The notes: generated by a model from the letters alone, not told the origin. DNA of 64,000 bases from a virus (IMGVR_UViG_3300045988_155520:32001-96000), one strand, 5' to 3'; counted from the stretch's first letter, positions 45,610 through 55,308 are shown. Numbers and translations: made by a program.

Positions 45610-46446
45610 TTAAATACCAAAAATTTTATTGATATCTTGTATATCATCATCATCTATATTGTAGAAAGAATCCGCAATTTGAGATGTATTAGCATTCTTG
45701 ATATCATCTTGTGTTAAAGTGTATTGTTTTTCATCTGTCTTTTCACCTCCATCTGTTACACTATAGTTGTTTCTATTCTGTATTCTTTTCTCTATAGCTT
45801 CTTCTGGTGTTTCTGAAAAACCTGGGGAATCAAATTTACGTCTCATATCCAAACGTTCAATCTGTGTTGGATTCCTTTTCTCGAACTCTTTTCTAAGGTT
45901 CATGATTTCTTCATTATTTGAATCAATCATTGTTTCCATTTTTTCGAGAAAAGCCATGAGTCTTTCAATTCTATTATCTACTTTTCCTAAACCAATACCA
46001 ATTTTATTTGTTTTATAATTCAACTTCTCTTGTGCGTCTGTCAAATCACCGATATAAATTGTATCACCTTCATCATTGGTTTCTTCGTCGTTACCATCAC
46101 CAAATGGGTCTTCGGAATCATCTATAGAAGGTGCTTCCATTCCACTCATCCTATCATCACCCATAGTTTCGTTTCCCATGCCACCCATGTCTTGATTATC
46201 CATTCCTTGTGGATTCTCTCCACCCATAGGATTTTCATTACCCATAGGTGCATTATCTTGTTCAGCCCCATCATTCATGCCATTGTCATTCATAGGGTCT
46301 GAACCTTGTTCAGGCATGCCTTGTTCGTTATTGTCAGCTTCATCGAGTTCTTCTATTGGTGAAATGTATGTTTCATTACACATCCTTAAGAATTGCTTAT
46401 GTGCTTCCAATAAACCGTTTTCTTTCAGATATTTTATATTTGTCAT
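45610..46446 (-). CDS. acidic protein with Met/Gly/Asn/Asp-rich low-complexity core (278 aa)
   Basis: Intact ORF. aa 33-128 are low complexity (PMGNENPMGGENPQGMDNQDMGGMGNETMGDDRMSGME). Confidence 0.6.
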   Translation of the reverse strand: MTNIKYLKENGLLEAHKQFLRMCNETYISPIEELDEADNNEQGMPEQGSDPMNDNGMNDGAEQDNAPMGNENPMGGENPQGMDNQDMGGMGNETMGDDRMSGMEAPSIDDSEDPFGDGNDEETNDEGDTIYIGDLTDAQEKLNYKTNKIGIGLGKVDNRIERLMAFLEKMETMIDSNNEEIMNLRKEFEKRNPTQIERLDMRRKFDSPGFSETPEEAIEKRIQNRNNYSVTDGGEKTDEKQYTLTQDDIKNANTSQIADSFYNIDDDDIQDINKIFGI

Positions 46447-46448
46447 TA

Positions 46449-46718
46449 TTAATCAACCAATAATTCTTTGTTATCTTCGGTAAGTATCGTTTTAGAACTC
46501 TCAGTTCTCTCTATAAGTCCTTTATCTTTTCTGATTCTTTTAACGTTCTGTTTCTTATTATCTTCTGTTGAAAGAATCTCCTGTGCCATAGCTACTTTTT
46601 CTGCTGTATTCATAACTTCTTTTTTTTCTTCTTTGTTATTAAAAACTATATTATTTTGATTAATATCCATTCTTGATATTCTTCTTGATTGTGATTGCTT
46701 TTGTATAAAACGTACCAT
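46449..46718 (-). CDS. hypothetical protein (89 aa)
   Basis: Intact ORF with CTATTTATAT 18 nt upstream of the ATG at 46718. Confidence 0.5.
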   Translation of the reverse strand: MVRFIQKQSQSRRISRMDINQNNIVFNNKEEKKEVMNTAEKVAMAQEILSTEDNKKQNVKRIRKDKGLIERTESSKTILTEDNKELLVD

Positions 46719-46747
46719 GAAACTGTAATTTATTACATATAAATAGT

Positions 46748-47161
46748 TTATGAGTTTAAAAAGACTGTTATATCTTCAATCTTACTAATATTATATAACC
46801 TTAATTTTCCAGATGTCATAATCATAAGTTTATTCTTGAATTTTGACCAATCAATCACATATTCTTTATGATTTTGAATAGTATCACCATTTTCTTCTTT
46901 AATCAATTCATTTAAGGCGTTAATTGAAAATAAGCATCCGTTCTTTACATGAAGAACAGTAGAATTATATAATTTATTAATAAGTCCTTTATTGCTATAA
47001 GACTTAAAGGTTACAAGATATTCATTGCTATTCCCTTCAATTATGAACACATAAATTTTGTCAGTATTCATTTTTGTCAGATTCTTAACTTTCTCAATAA
47101 ACGAAAGTATTTTGTGTTTATTTACAAAGGTACCGATTAAAACTTCTTTCTTTGATGTCAT
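46748..47161 (-). CDS. hypothetical protein (137 aa)
   Basis: Intact ORF, 3 nt after the upstream stop. Confidence 0.55.
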   Translation of the reverse strand: MTSKKEVLIGTFVNKHKILSFIEKVKNLTKMNTDKIYVFIIEGNSNEYLVTFKSYSNKGLINKLYNSTVLHVKNGCLFSINALNELIKEENGDTIQNHKEYVIDWSKFKNKLMIMTSGKLRLYNISKIEDITVFLNS

Positions 47162-47164
47162 CTC

Positions 47165-47767
47165 TTAATCTATATTTTCCATAAGATAAGGCACAGCGTA
47201 TTTATTTTCATACCCTATCTCTTTAAGAATCTTATGAACTTTTTCATTATTGTCATAAACAATTTTGTTGTTTTTGTTCATTCTGATTCTTGAAATTATT
47301 TTTTCTTTCTTTATACCACAATACTCAAGTAAACTTAACGATAATCCGTAAGTATTATTTTCATATTGAAAATATATCATATTTTTACTAATATAAATAT
47401 AATTTATTTTTGTATTATTAAATAATATATTATATAATCTTTTTATTTTATTATATTTTATATATATAATATTAATATAATAATATTTTATATTAAATAA
47501 TATATTAATAATAATATATTTATAGAAATTTTCTAAATCAATTTCATAATCAGAACGTGATTCTGTTTTTTTAAAAGTCCAGAAAGTTTTATCATCTATT
47601 TTCTTTTCTAATATATTTTTATAACCTTTAACTTTTTTTGCATTTTTATATCCTATATACAAAATAGGCTTTGTGAGGTCTGCTTGAGATATATCTTTCA
47701 CATTCCCCACAAAGTCTCGTAAATCACTAATCTTTCTATCTGAAATAATATAGCCAAGTTTGCTCAT
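47165..47767 (-). CDS. hypothetical protein (200 aa) containing an A/T-only coding tract
   Basis: Start moved to the ATG at 47767 (MSKLGYIISD) because the track start lies upstream of the promoter box. The central segment YKYIIINILFNIKYYYINIIYIKYNKIK... is encoded by almost pure A/T. Confidence 0.55.
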   Translation of the reverse strand: MSKLGYIISDRKISDLRDFVGNVKDISQADLTKPILYIGYKNAKKVKGYKNILEKKIDDKTFWTFKKTESRSDYEIDLENFYKYIIINILFNIKYYYINIIYIKYNKIKRLYNILFNNTKINYIYISKNMIYFQYENNTYGLSLSLLEYCGIKKEKIISRIRMNKNNKIVYDNNEKVHKILKEIGYENKYAVPYLMENID

Positions 47768-47781
47768 CGTTATTTTTTTCG

Positions 47782-47789
47782 CAAAGATA
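47782..47789 (-). promoter_or_regulatory. Bacteroidota-type -7 box TATCTTTG
   Basis: Minus strand reads TCCGTATCTTTGCGAAAAAAA, 14 nt before the ATG at 47767. Confidence 0.55.
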
Positions 47790-47813
47790 CGGATTTTTTT
47801 AATAAAAACAAAA

Positions 47814-50800
47814 TTATCCAATAATAAATTGTTTTAATTTTCTATGTCCGTCACTATTTGGATGTAATCCATCTTTTGCACGTTTAACTTCAAGCCATTG
47901 ATTATCAGAAAGATTTACACAGTTAAAACCATTATCTCTAATTAATTTATCAACTTTTACTCGTGTATTTGAATCCCAAGCATGAATATTATTGTAAGTA
48001 TAGTTAGGTGCATAGACACAACCTACCCAAATAACTTTCTTTCCCTGTAATAGTGCTTTCATTTTCTTTAAACCCTCTACAGTTTGATTAGTATTATTAT
48101 TGTGGATATTAGGTGCATCATTCGTTCCTAAGAATACAATCACAGTATCAACACTATTCAACTTACTCTTCACGCTATCATAATAGAAAGATTTTGGATT
48201 AACTTCAACTCTCTTTCCATTGACATATCTGCGTGGCTGACTAATACCAGCAAATTCTCCAATTGAAATTCCTGGTTCGCAAACGAAGTCTGCATTTTGA
48301 TATAAGCCAGAATTTTTTGCACCAGCTGCAATTGAATCTCCAATTACCAATAACCTCTTTGGTGATACTTGTGTATTATTAGTTGTTGAGGTATTGTTAA
48401 TATAACCTGCATTACCACAAGAGCCTTGATAACGGTATACCTTAACAATGAAACTTCCACTTCTATAAGGTACAACGTTACTTGCTTTTCCCTCTGCAGC
48501 CCATGTACTTCCATCCCACATAGCAACGTGGAAACGCTCTGGTTCATTTCCATTACGTGACGGATTAGGCTTATTAGAAGTCCACAAACAAGAAATATCA
48601 CCAATCTGTAGGTTGACGTGTGTTCCATTTAAGCTTCCATCGGTTGCTTGATTAACACCCTCATAAATTTTGACAAAACCTAATTTCTCAAGAGATTCAG
48701 TCCACTCCCATGGGTATCCATAAGTACCTTTTCCCATGCCCGTTGATTTACTTATTAATCCAGAAGCGATAAGTGCTGCTCTTACGGATTTCGTACACTC
48801 TCCATTTGTTGCTACTTGACCTAATGGCAAACTATTAGATTTTATATATGAGGCAGCTACCTCTACATTCCAATCACATATTTTACCATTTATTATGTTA
48901 CCACCAGTTAGATTGGCTGTTAATGTTTCACAAGCAATAAGTTCCACATTCTTGAACCATGAAGCTTTTACACCATCTGGTCTTGAATTAATCCAATCAG
49001 ACTTGAAATTCTTATTAGCCAAAACTTCAGATGGTTTTCTACCATATTTCTTTAACAATGATAAAAAGAAATCATTAGGTAAAGATTCATTTATTGGATA
49101 ATTTGAATAATTAAAATTATTATTAACTATTTTCAAACCTGTTACAATACGGCAACGTGTTGCGCCACCGCTATTTGTTTGAGATACAGTAACACCAATA
49201 GATATAGGTTTTAAACCAAAAGAATTACCATCTTTCGCATTCCAATATATCTCTGACACATAATCATGATAACCATTTAAAAGTACATCAAATAATTGTG
49301 TCATGTGACTATTTCCTCCATCTGATTGTTTAAAGATTAGATAATTACCTTTTATCTCCTTATTAAATCCACAAGTTAACTTAACATTATAATCTCCAAA
49401 GGTTTTCTGTACGGCATTAAATAATGAACTTGTAAAAGAATCATCATTAGTACTACTTGTAGATGGTTGCACCGTAGTAGTATTACCATTATTGATATAA
49501 TAGTTGTAGTAAGCAACAGCCTTATTCTGTCTATCTCTACGTGCAGCACCACTACTTTGTTCAAAATAAGCATCCCATGCTGCAGCAGCATCAGAAGGAG
49601 TATTTGTAGCTAAAAGTCTTTGTGCAGACTTTGTACTATTCTTTCTATAAGGTCCTGTTAATGAAATAAAGACATATTCTAACTGTTTATCAATATTCAT
49701 TGATTTAGGTATTACTGGTGCTGGACCGCTATTTGGATAAGAAGTACCATTTGGTGAATTGAAAGCCATCTTAGGGTTATCATTATTCATCATCATACTT
49801 AATGCAGATTTATTAAGCATGAATAAACCACCAGAATAATAACCATTCGAGTCTTTAATAACTTTATATGGGTCAAACCCTGGAGATTCAATAGCAATAT
49901 TTCCAACAATACCAGCTGCTTGTGCTACTGATATAGTACCGAACTCTCCACCAATAGTTCTATTCCAGATACTAATAACTTTACTAATCATAGTAGCGGA
50001 TTTCTTACTTTCATCACCAGTCAATTCTACACCTTCTCCGCCAATATCAGTACCAACAGGGTAAATCTTATATTCACAATCATTATCCACGTCAGCAACT
50101 CTATTTGCAGCCGTAAATTCAGAGCCACTTTCAGAAGTATTGTTTGCTAAAAGGAGTGGTGATTTATTCAATCGTGTTTGTACATTAGCCATACGAACAC
50201 CTGTAAAGGTTGTTTGGAATTTTCCTGGTTCTATTTTGTGACTAACTTCCTCTATCAAGTACGACCCTCTAAACATAGGTACATTGTTCAATGTAAAATA
50301 CATTAAAGGCTGTACCCATGCACACCCTAACATGGTAACAGTGCATGAATATGAATTATTTGAATAAATGGTAAATAAATCCTGACCTGTTGATACTATC
50401 TTTTTGTCACCATTTTTACCATCTCCTACGGCAGCTGAGGCAATAGCAAATGTAGCCTGTAATGACTGTTCTGTCATCATAGGGTTTTCCATTCCAATCT
50501 CAATATTGTTAAAGAAACTCTGGTACTGCATTCCATATCCAACACCAAAGGCAGGTATCTTATACCAATTTTTCTTATTAACCTCTGATAAATTTCTTGA
50601 TGTTATAGCTATTGGTGCTAATTGAGGGTTCTTAGATATTTCTTCTGGATTCAAAGAAAAACCATCATCTTCATAATCACCTCTTCCACCTGTGTTTATT
50701 TTACTTGAATGTTCATACGAATATAGAACTACAAAGTCTGGATGCCTTTTAGGTGTACGCATTGAATTAAATGGAACTGGTGTAAACATACTTTCCATAT

Positions 50801-53800
50801 TACGTTTATCACTTAAATCCATAAAATTCTGAACAGATAACATTATACATCTATTTGTAGCAAACATATCTGACATGAAACTTACCAAACTTGATAAATA
50901 GTTGTTCTGGTCAGTTACCATTAGTAATTTGTTAACCATGTCACCAACGTCTACAAATAATTTATCACCTATCTTGTTGTAATAAGAATCAATAAAATAG
51001 AAATTATGTCCGTCTGTTTGTTTATCACTACCTGTTTCATCACTGAAGAATTTATACATTTTCCATTCTTCAAAATTTGATGAAGCAACCCACTTATCAT
51101 AAAGAAGTTTTAAGTAGTTATAAAATGCAATCTTCATGTCATCGGTAGCTTTGTCAGCGGATGGTGCAAAAGACGGTGCGCTAACTGAATCTGAAGTATC
51201 TATTTTTCTTGATACACTATATTCTTTTGCTAAAGCATTCAGGAATGTGTCTAAATAGATTTTAGCCATACCCTCTGTGATGAGCTGGTAATCGTTACCT
51301 ATATTGTTCTGATTTGTTTCAAAATCATTGTCAATAGTAGCACCCTTGATGATTCTTACAGGTAACATCAACTCTTTCATCAGCATATTCATTGATTGTG
51401 ATGTCTCATTGTTGAATAGTCTCAATAAATCATCATAATTAGCAAAAGCCTCTCTATACACATTAACAGTATTACTCTTGAAATTACCTGTAGCTGCATC
51501 CAAATTTATATCATATGGCGCAAATAATTTATTATATTTTGTGTCAGCCCAATTAGTAAACTCTTTAATATAGCGTGCTACCATGGCAGAGTTCATAAAT
51601 TTCAAATGACGTAAGTTACTTAAATATTTATTACTTTCCATCATTGAATTTAAATTCTTAAAATCAAGCCAGCCGTTATTGGATGTGTTTAGATATAATA
51701 TAGCACCTATTTGAAGTATTGCAGAATAAGGAACTATAATCTGTCTCTTTTGTGATATATCACCTAATATTTTGTTAAAATCATACATAGGTAATAAAGA
51801 GTATAGAACCCACGCACATCTTTTTCTAATACTTCTTTCTTCTCTGAAAAAATTTTGAGAGAATATAGAATAATCCATATGTAAACCTAAACGCTTTGAC
51901 CCCTTTCCTGTATTAATACCACAGAATTGAGTTATTGCATAAGTTTCAGGATTAGTACCTATGTTTGTATAATCTGTACCGTTATGTAATCTCTCTAATT
52001 TAACATATTTGGTTGCATAAGTATTTGTATTCTTAACTTTATCATAAAAACGAATGTTCTTTCTATCTTTTTCTTGATAGGGTACATCTACTGCTTTTTG
52101 AACAAGAGGTTCAATTTTGGAATTGTTAGTTCCGAAATAACTACTAAACGTTTCAGGACTATATGACACATTGAATCCATCTACGTTATTAACAAAATCA
52201 GAATATCCCTCTGGTGAAGAACCACTTCCTAAAGATTTCTGAATTATTGTATTAACTCTGTCTATATTTTTATCAAAATAAACAACACATTCGTTAGTAA
52301 CATCATCTGAATTTATAATGCTACTTCCTTTCTTTATTGGTGCAAAATTAGAGATAATTTCATCATACCCCTCACCAAAATCTCCATTATTAGCTATGCT
52401 TACCGCCTCACTAATTGTGTATTTACCTAACGGTGAAAAATATGAATAGCCATTTCCACTATTCGTTAGGAAATTACTATTACTAACCTTGAATATATTA
52501 AGGAAAGGAGAAAAATCACTTCCTACTTTTGTTGCAAGTGGTTGATTTCCCCATGAATTAGATTTGTTAGACTCAGTTACAATTGATAAAACATCATCTG
52601 AATTTATACCACCTTGTTCATTTGCGTTTGATTGTAATAATCTTCTGATTACATTTCCTGGTTGTAAGAAAATATATGTAAAATTCTTAGCTTCAGTTTC
52701 AGCAATAGTTTTAATAGTTTCGTTCTTCAAATCTCGTCCATTTAAACCAAAACCAAGTATTTGAATCATACGCATAAAAACTCTACCTGCAAATTCTCTT
52801 TTGTCATTTACAGGCAATGCATCTTTATAATCACCATAAGGATTAGACTTAGTAATAAAGTCAAAATTGGCTACAGGGAAATGTATTCTTGAATTACCGC
52901 TTTCTAAGATATTATTAGCACCATTAGCTGTTAACACATCATTCTCATCTAAACGTTCTTGAATATGCTGTGCATTAGCAATAATATAAGCTACCTGATT
53001 GATACCATTGAAAATTTCATTAACAAGGTCTGCTTCTCTAAACTTCTTAGAACGTCCAAATTCTCCGACCCAAGAATCTTCTCTTTTTGTAACACCATTT
53101 TCTGTAATATCCTTTGTGAATCTTGGGAATGGTGGTACTATTTTTGTTCTAACAGAAACATCTGGTATATTTATGTTGCTTATACCTAAGTCATTAATGG
53201 TACGCTGTTCGCTCTGTATAGATTCAACAACTTGATACATCAAATACATAAATGTTTCAAAATGAGCCATATAAATCTTTGACATATTAGATATTGTTGG
53301 GTTAAAACCAAGAGCTTGTATTAATACTTTTTGTTTCTCACGTCTAACTTCTTCTTCAATTTCTTCAATATCTTCACTTTCAGCGTTAATACTTTCTTGT
53401 AATACAGAGTAATCACCAAAATTAAAAATAAAAGCATAACTATAGTGTCTTCCATTTTCAAAAGGATTAATCTTCTTACCTGCAAAAGCATTTCTAACCT
53501 CATCAGCAGTTAAACCTCGTACATTGGTAAATTCGCTATTTGTAAATGGTGTACCAAGTCTATTGATAATCTTTACAGGTAAAATATCTGTAAAGTTTTG
53601 AGCTGGAACTGGGTATACTTCACCTGTACTTTCCTCTACTCTGTTAGCTGCTGCTATAAGATTTGTTAGAGAATCAAATATACTAATATTTTCGCCATCT
53701 TTAAGATAAGATATAGTACCAAAATTAGTAACTGACCCACCCTTTATTGCTTCTTCTGATACTAATACGATTACAGATTTGTAAGTAGTACCATCTTCAC

Positions 53801-54956
53801 GCATTACAACACCATATTTACCGTTAACTGAAGATTCGTTATCAAGAATATTTATTAAATTTGTAAAGAAATCATTATATGCAGCATAAAGTTGTGTTCT
53901 ATCATTAACTGTTGTATTCTTCTTATTATAACGTGAAATAATAGGATTGTCTTGTCCTAACTCTTCGGCTTTATGAAGAACAAAACCATAGTTAGCACAC
54001 AATTCACTCAATTTAGGCATAGGTGTAAGCTGCCCAGAAGAATCTGGTATAACAAATTCTCCCTCTTCAACTTTTCTTTCCCAATAATTAGACCCATCCA
54101 GATTGTTGCAATAAGGTGCTGCCATACACGCAAGAAGAGAAACGTCATTCATGAATGAGAATGAATAACCAACAAACTTAGCGGTAGCATTAAAGTTACC
54201 TGTCGTGGAATCAAACTTTACTCTAAAATCATTACATGTAATTTCATAAGATACAGGCTGCCCATAGAATCCTTTTACTGTGATATTAAATCTTGGATAT
54301 GGAAACGTAAAGAAACACTGAAAGAAAGACGAAGCTATGTCTTTTTCAGAAAAACCCCTTAACCCATTAAATCCATCACCATTACGCATTTCAGTAGGTG
54401 CCATTAATGAACCACCACGTATATCAACGAACTCTATAGTAACCTGTGGGACCATCCATTGCTGATAAGTAATATCAACAGATGATATTCCAAACATTTC
54501 TGTTGTTCCGTGGTCCTTTAAATCATAATAAAAACTATCAGTATAATCGGTAGATAAACCATTAGAATAACCCCAATAATCACTTCCTACCTTTGCTGTT
54601 TTATGATTCTTAATATCCTCTTTACCCTCTCTAACAGATTTAAAGAAAGATTCATCATATTGTCTATCAGAATCTCTACGGTAGAACTTTTTACCCTCCA
54701 TAAAGTTTACGGAAGATTTACCACCTTGGTCAGTCCATGACATTATTATCACACTTTTATCATGTGGATTCTTCTTTGCATCGAAATTTCTGCCAACGAC
54801 CTCTACCTCCATGTTAAGCGCAATACAATAGTCTTCAAGGTCAGGTGCCTTGAAGTGGTCTCCATGGTCTGTCGTTACACCAGAATGAAAATTAAGTGTG
54901 TTGTTAGGTTCAACATATGCAACACTATCTGTTATATTACTAACACTTGCCATCAA
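47814..54956 (-). CDS. giant tail/baseplate-associated protein (2380 aa) with three C-terminal cell-envelope hydrolase domains
   Basis: Uninterrupted ORF directly after the LysM-like gene. See the three domain features. The roughly 1650-aa N-terminal part is unassigned. Confidence 0.75.
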   Translation of the reverse strand: MMASVSNITDSVAYVEPNNTLNFHSGVTTDHGDHFKAPDLEDYCIALNMEVEVVGRNFDAKKNPHDKSVIIMSWTDQGGKSSVNFMEGKKFYRRDSDRQYDESFFKSVREGKEDIKNHKTAKVGSDYWGYSNGLSTDYTDSFYYDLKDHGTTEMFGISSVDITYQQWMVPQVTIEFVDIRGGSLMAPTEMRNGDGFNGLRGFSEKDIASSFFQCFFTFPYPRFNITVKGFYGQPVSYEITCNDFRVKFDSTTGNFNATAKFVGYSFSFMNDVSLLACMAAPYCNNLDGSNYWERKVEEGEFVIPDSSGQLTPMPKLSELCANYGFVLHKAEELGQDNPIISRYNKKNTTVNDRTQLYAAYNDFFTNLINILDNESSVNGKYGVVMREDGTTYKSVIVLVSEEAIKGGSVTNFGTISYLKDGENISIFDSLTNLIAAANRVEESTGEVYPVPAQNFTDILPVKIINRLGTPFTNSEFTNVRGLTADEVRNAFAGKKINPFENGRHYSYAFIFNFGDYSVLQESINAESEDIEEIEEEVRREKQKVLIQALGFNPTISNMSKIYMAHFETFMYLMYQVVESIQSEQRTINDLGISNINIPDVSVRTKIVPPFPRFTKDITENGVTKREDSWVGEFGRSKKFREADLVNEIFNGINQVAYIIANAQHIQERLDENDVLTANGANNILESGNSRIHFPVANFDFITKSNPYGDYKDALPVNDKREFAGRVFMRMIQILGFGLNGRDLKNETIKTIAETEAKNFTYIFLQPGNVIRRLLQSNANEQGGINSDDVLSIVTESNKSNSWGNQPLATKVGSDFSPFLNIFKVSNSNFLTNSGNGYSYFSPLGKYTISEAVSIANNGDFGEGYDEIISNFAPIKKGSSIINSDDVTNECVVYFDKNIDRVNTIIQKSLGSGSSPEGYSDFVNNVDGFNVSYSPETFSSYFGTNNSKIEPLVQKAVDVPYQEKDRKNIRFYDKVKNTNTYATKYVKLERLHNGTDYTNIGTNPETYAITQFCGINTGKGSKRLGLHMDYSIFSQNFFREERSIRKRCAWVLYSLLPMYDFNKILGDISQKRQIIVPYSAILQIGAILYLNTSNNGWLDFKNLNSMMESNKYLSNLRHLKFMNSAMVARYIKEFTNWADTKYNKLFAPYDINLDAATGNFKSNTVNVYREAFANYDDLLRLFNNETSQSMNMLMKELMLPVRIIKGATIDNDFETNQNNIGNDYQLITEGMAKIYLDTFLNALAKEYSVSRKIDTSDSVSAPSFAPSADKATDDMKIAFYNYLKLLYDKWVASSNFEEWKMYKFFSDETGSDKQTDGHNFYFIDSYYNKIGDKLFVDVGDMVNKLLMVTDQNNYLSSLVSFMSDMFATNRCIMLSVQNFMDLSDKRNMESMFTPVPFNSMRTPKRHPDFVVLYSYEHSSKINTGGRGDYEDDGFSLNPEEISKNPQLAPIAITSRNLSEVNKKNWYKIPAFGVGYGMQYQSFFNNIEIGMENPMMTEQSLQATFAIASAAVGDGKNGDKKIVSTGQDLFTIYSNNSYSCTVTMLGCAWVQPLMYFTLNNVPMFRGSYLIEEVSHKIEPGKFQTTFTGVRMANVQTRLNKSPLLLANNTSESGSEFTAANRVADVDNDCEYKIYPVGTDIGGEGVELTGDESKKSATMISKVISIWNRTIGGEFGTISVAQAAGIVGNIAIESPGFDPYKVIKDSNGYYSGGLFMLNKSALSMMMNNDNPKMAFNSPNGTSYPNSGPAPVIPKSMNIDKQLEYVFISLTGPYRKNSTKSAQRLLATNTPSDAAAAWDAYFEQSSGAARRDRQNKAVAYYNYYINNGNTTTVQPSTSSTNDDSFTSSLFNAVQKTFGDYNVKLTCGFNKEIKGNYLIFKQSDGGNSHMTQLFDVLLNGYHDYVSEIYWNAKDGNSFGLKPISIGVTVSQTNSGGATRCRIVTGLKIVNNNFNYSNYPINESLPNDFFLSLLKKYGRKPSEVLANKNFKSDWINSRPDGVKASWFKNVELIACETLTANLTGGNIINGKICDWNVEVAASYIKSNSLPLGQVATNGECTKSVRAALIASGLISKSTGMGKGTYGYPWEWTESLEKLGFVKIYEGVNQATDGSLNGTHVNLQIGDISCLWTSNKPNPSRNGNEPERFHVAMWDGSTWAAEGKASNVVPYRSGSFIVKVYRYQGSCGNAGYINNTSTTNNTQVSPKRLLVIGDSIAAGAKNSGLYQNADFVCEPGISIGEFAGISQPRRYVNGKRVEVNPKSFYYDSVKSKLNSVDTVIVFLGTNDAPNIHNNNTNQTVEGLKKMKALLQGKKVIWVGCVYAPNYTYNNIHAWDSNTRVKVDKLIRDNGFNCVNLSDNQWLEVKRAKDGLHPNSDGHRKLKQFIIG
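47817..48356 (-). other. SGNH/GDSL hydrolase domain (last 180 aa of the 2380-aa protein)
   Basis: Block I LLVIGDSIAAG, block III FLGTNDAP, block V DGLHPN. Confidence 0.7.
48426..48881 (-). other. papain-like Cys/His amidase domain (CHAP / Tae4-like)
   Basis: NGECTKSVRAALIASGL (nucleophile context like CAxRxSxAL of Tae4-type amidases, from memory), then FHVAMWDGSTW about 88 aa later. Confidence 0.5.
49485..50000 (-). other. phage tail lysozyme-like domain
   Basis: AQAAGIVGNIAIESPGFDP...GGLFMLN resembles the GI(L/V)GNxxxESxF(N/D)P motif of tail-lysozyme domains (from memory). Confidence 0.55.
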
Positions 54957-54982
54957 CTTTTCTTTAAAATTTAAATTATTTT

Positions 54983-55303
54983 TTATTCGATTCCATATAA
55001 TCTGATATATTCTTCTACATCAGATTGATAATCTTTAATAACCGTTTCCAAAGGGTAAGGAATACGTAACTTAGTTCCATCAGGTATATTATACTCTAAA
55101 GAGCCAATTTCAGGATTCGCTTGCAGAATTAACCACCCATAATTAGGATTATCATAATATTGGTAAGATAATAAATCAAACCTTGTATTTCCAGCTTCAT
55201 AATAAGTATACATATCCGTATCTTTAACTGGAATTTTAATGAATGGGACTTGTTTAATAGTCCCACTCATTCTAAACTGCTGATATCTATCAAATGTAAC
55301 CAT
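54983..55303 (-). CDS. LysM-like tail protein (P2 gpX-like)
   Basis: RFDLLSYQYYDNPNYGWLILQANPEIGSLEYNIPDGTKLRIPYP parallels P2 gpX (LDAICVRYYG...VLAANPGLAELGAVLPHGTAVELP, from memory). Confidence 0.55.
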   Translation of the reverse strand: MVTFDRYQQFRMSGTIKQVPFIKIPVKDTDMYTYYEAGNTRFDLLSYQYYDNPNYGWLILQANPEIGSLEYNIPDGTKLRIPYPLETVIKDYQSDVEEYIRLYGIE

Positions 55304-55308
55304 ATTTA

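Noticed and set aside
46748-47161. KIYVFIIEGNSNEYLVTFKS considered as a GIY-YIG homing-endonuclease motif.
   Set aside because: It lacks the conserved Arg, the His/Tyr and the downstream Glu/Asn of the GIY-YIG fold. The resemblance is limited to a few hydrophobic residues.
7010-47524. Possible homology between the two pure A/T tracts (7010-7087 and 47440-47524); they share a 14-nt string, ATATTTTATATATA.
   Set aside because: In two-letter sequence a shared 14-mer between two ~80-nt tracts is expected by chance at roughly 0.4. It is not evidence for a repeated element.
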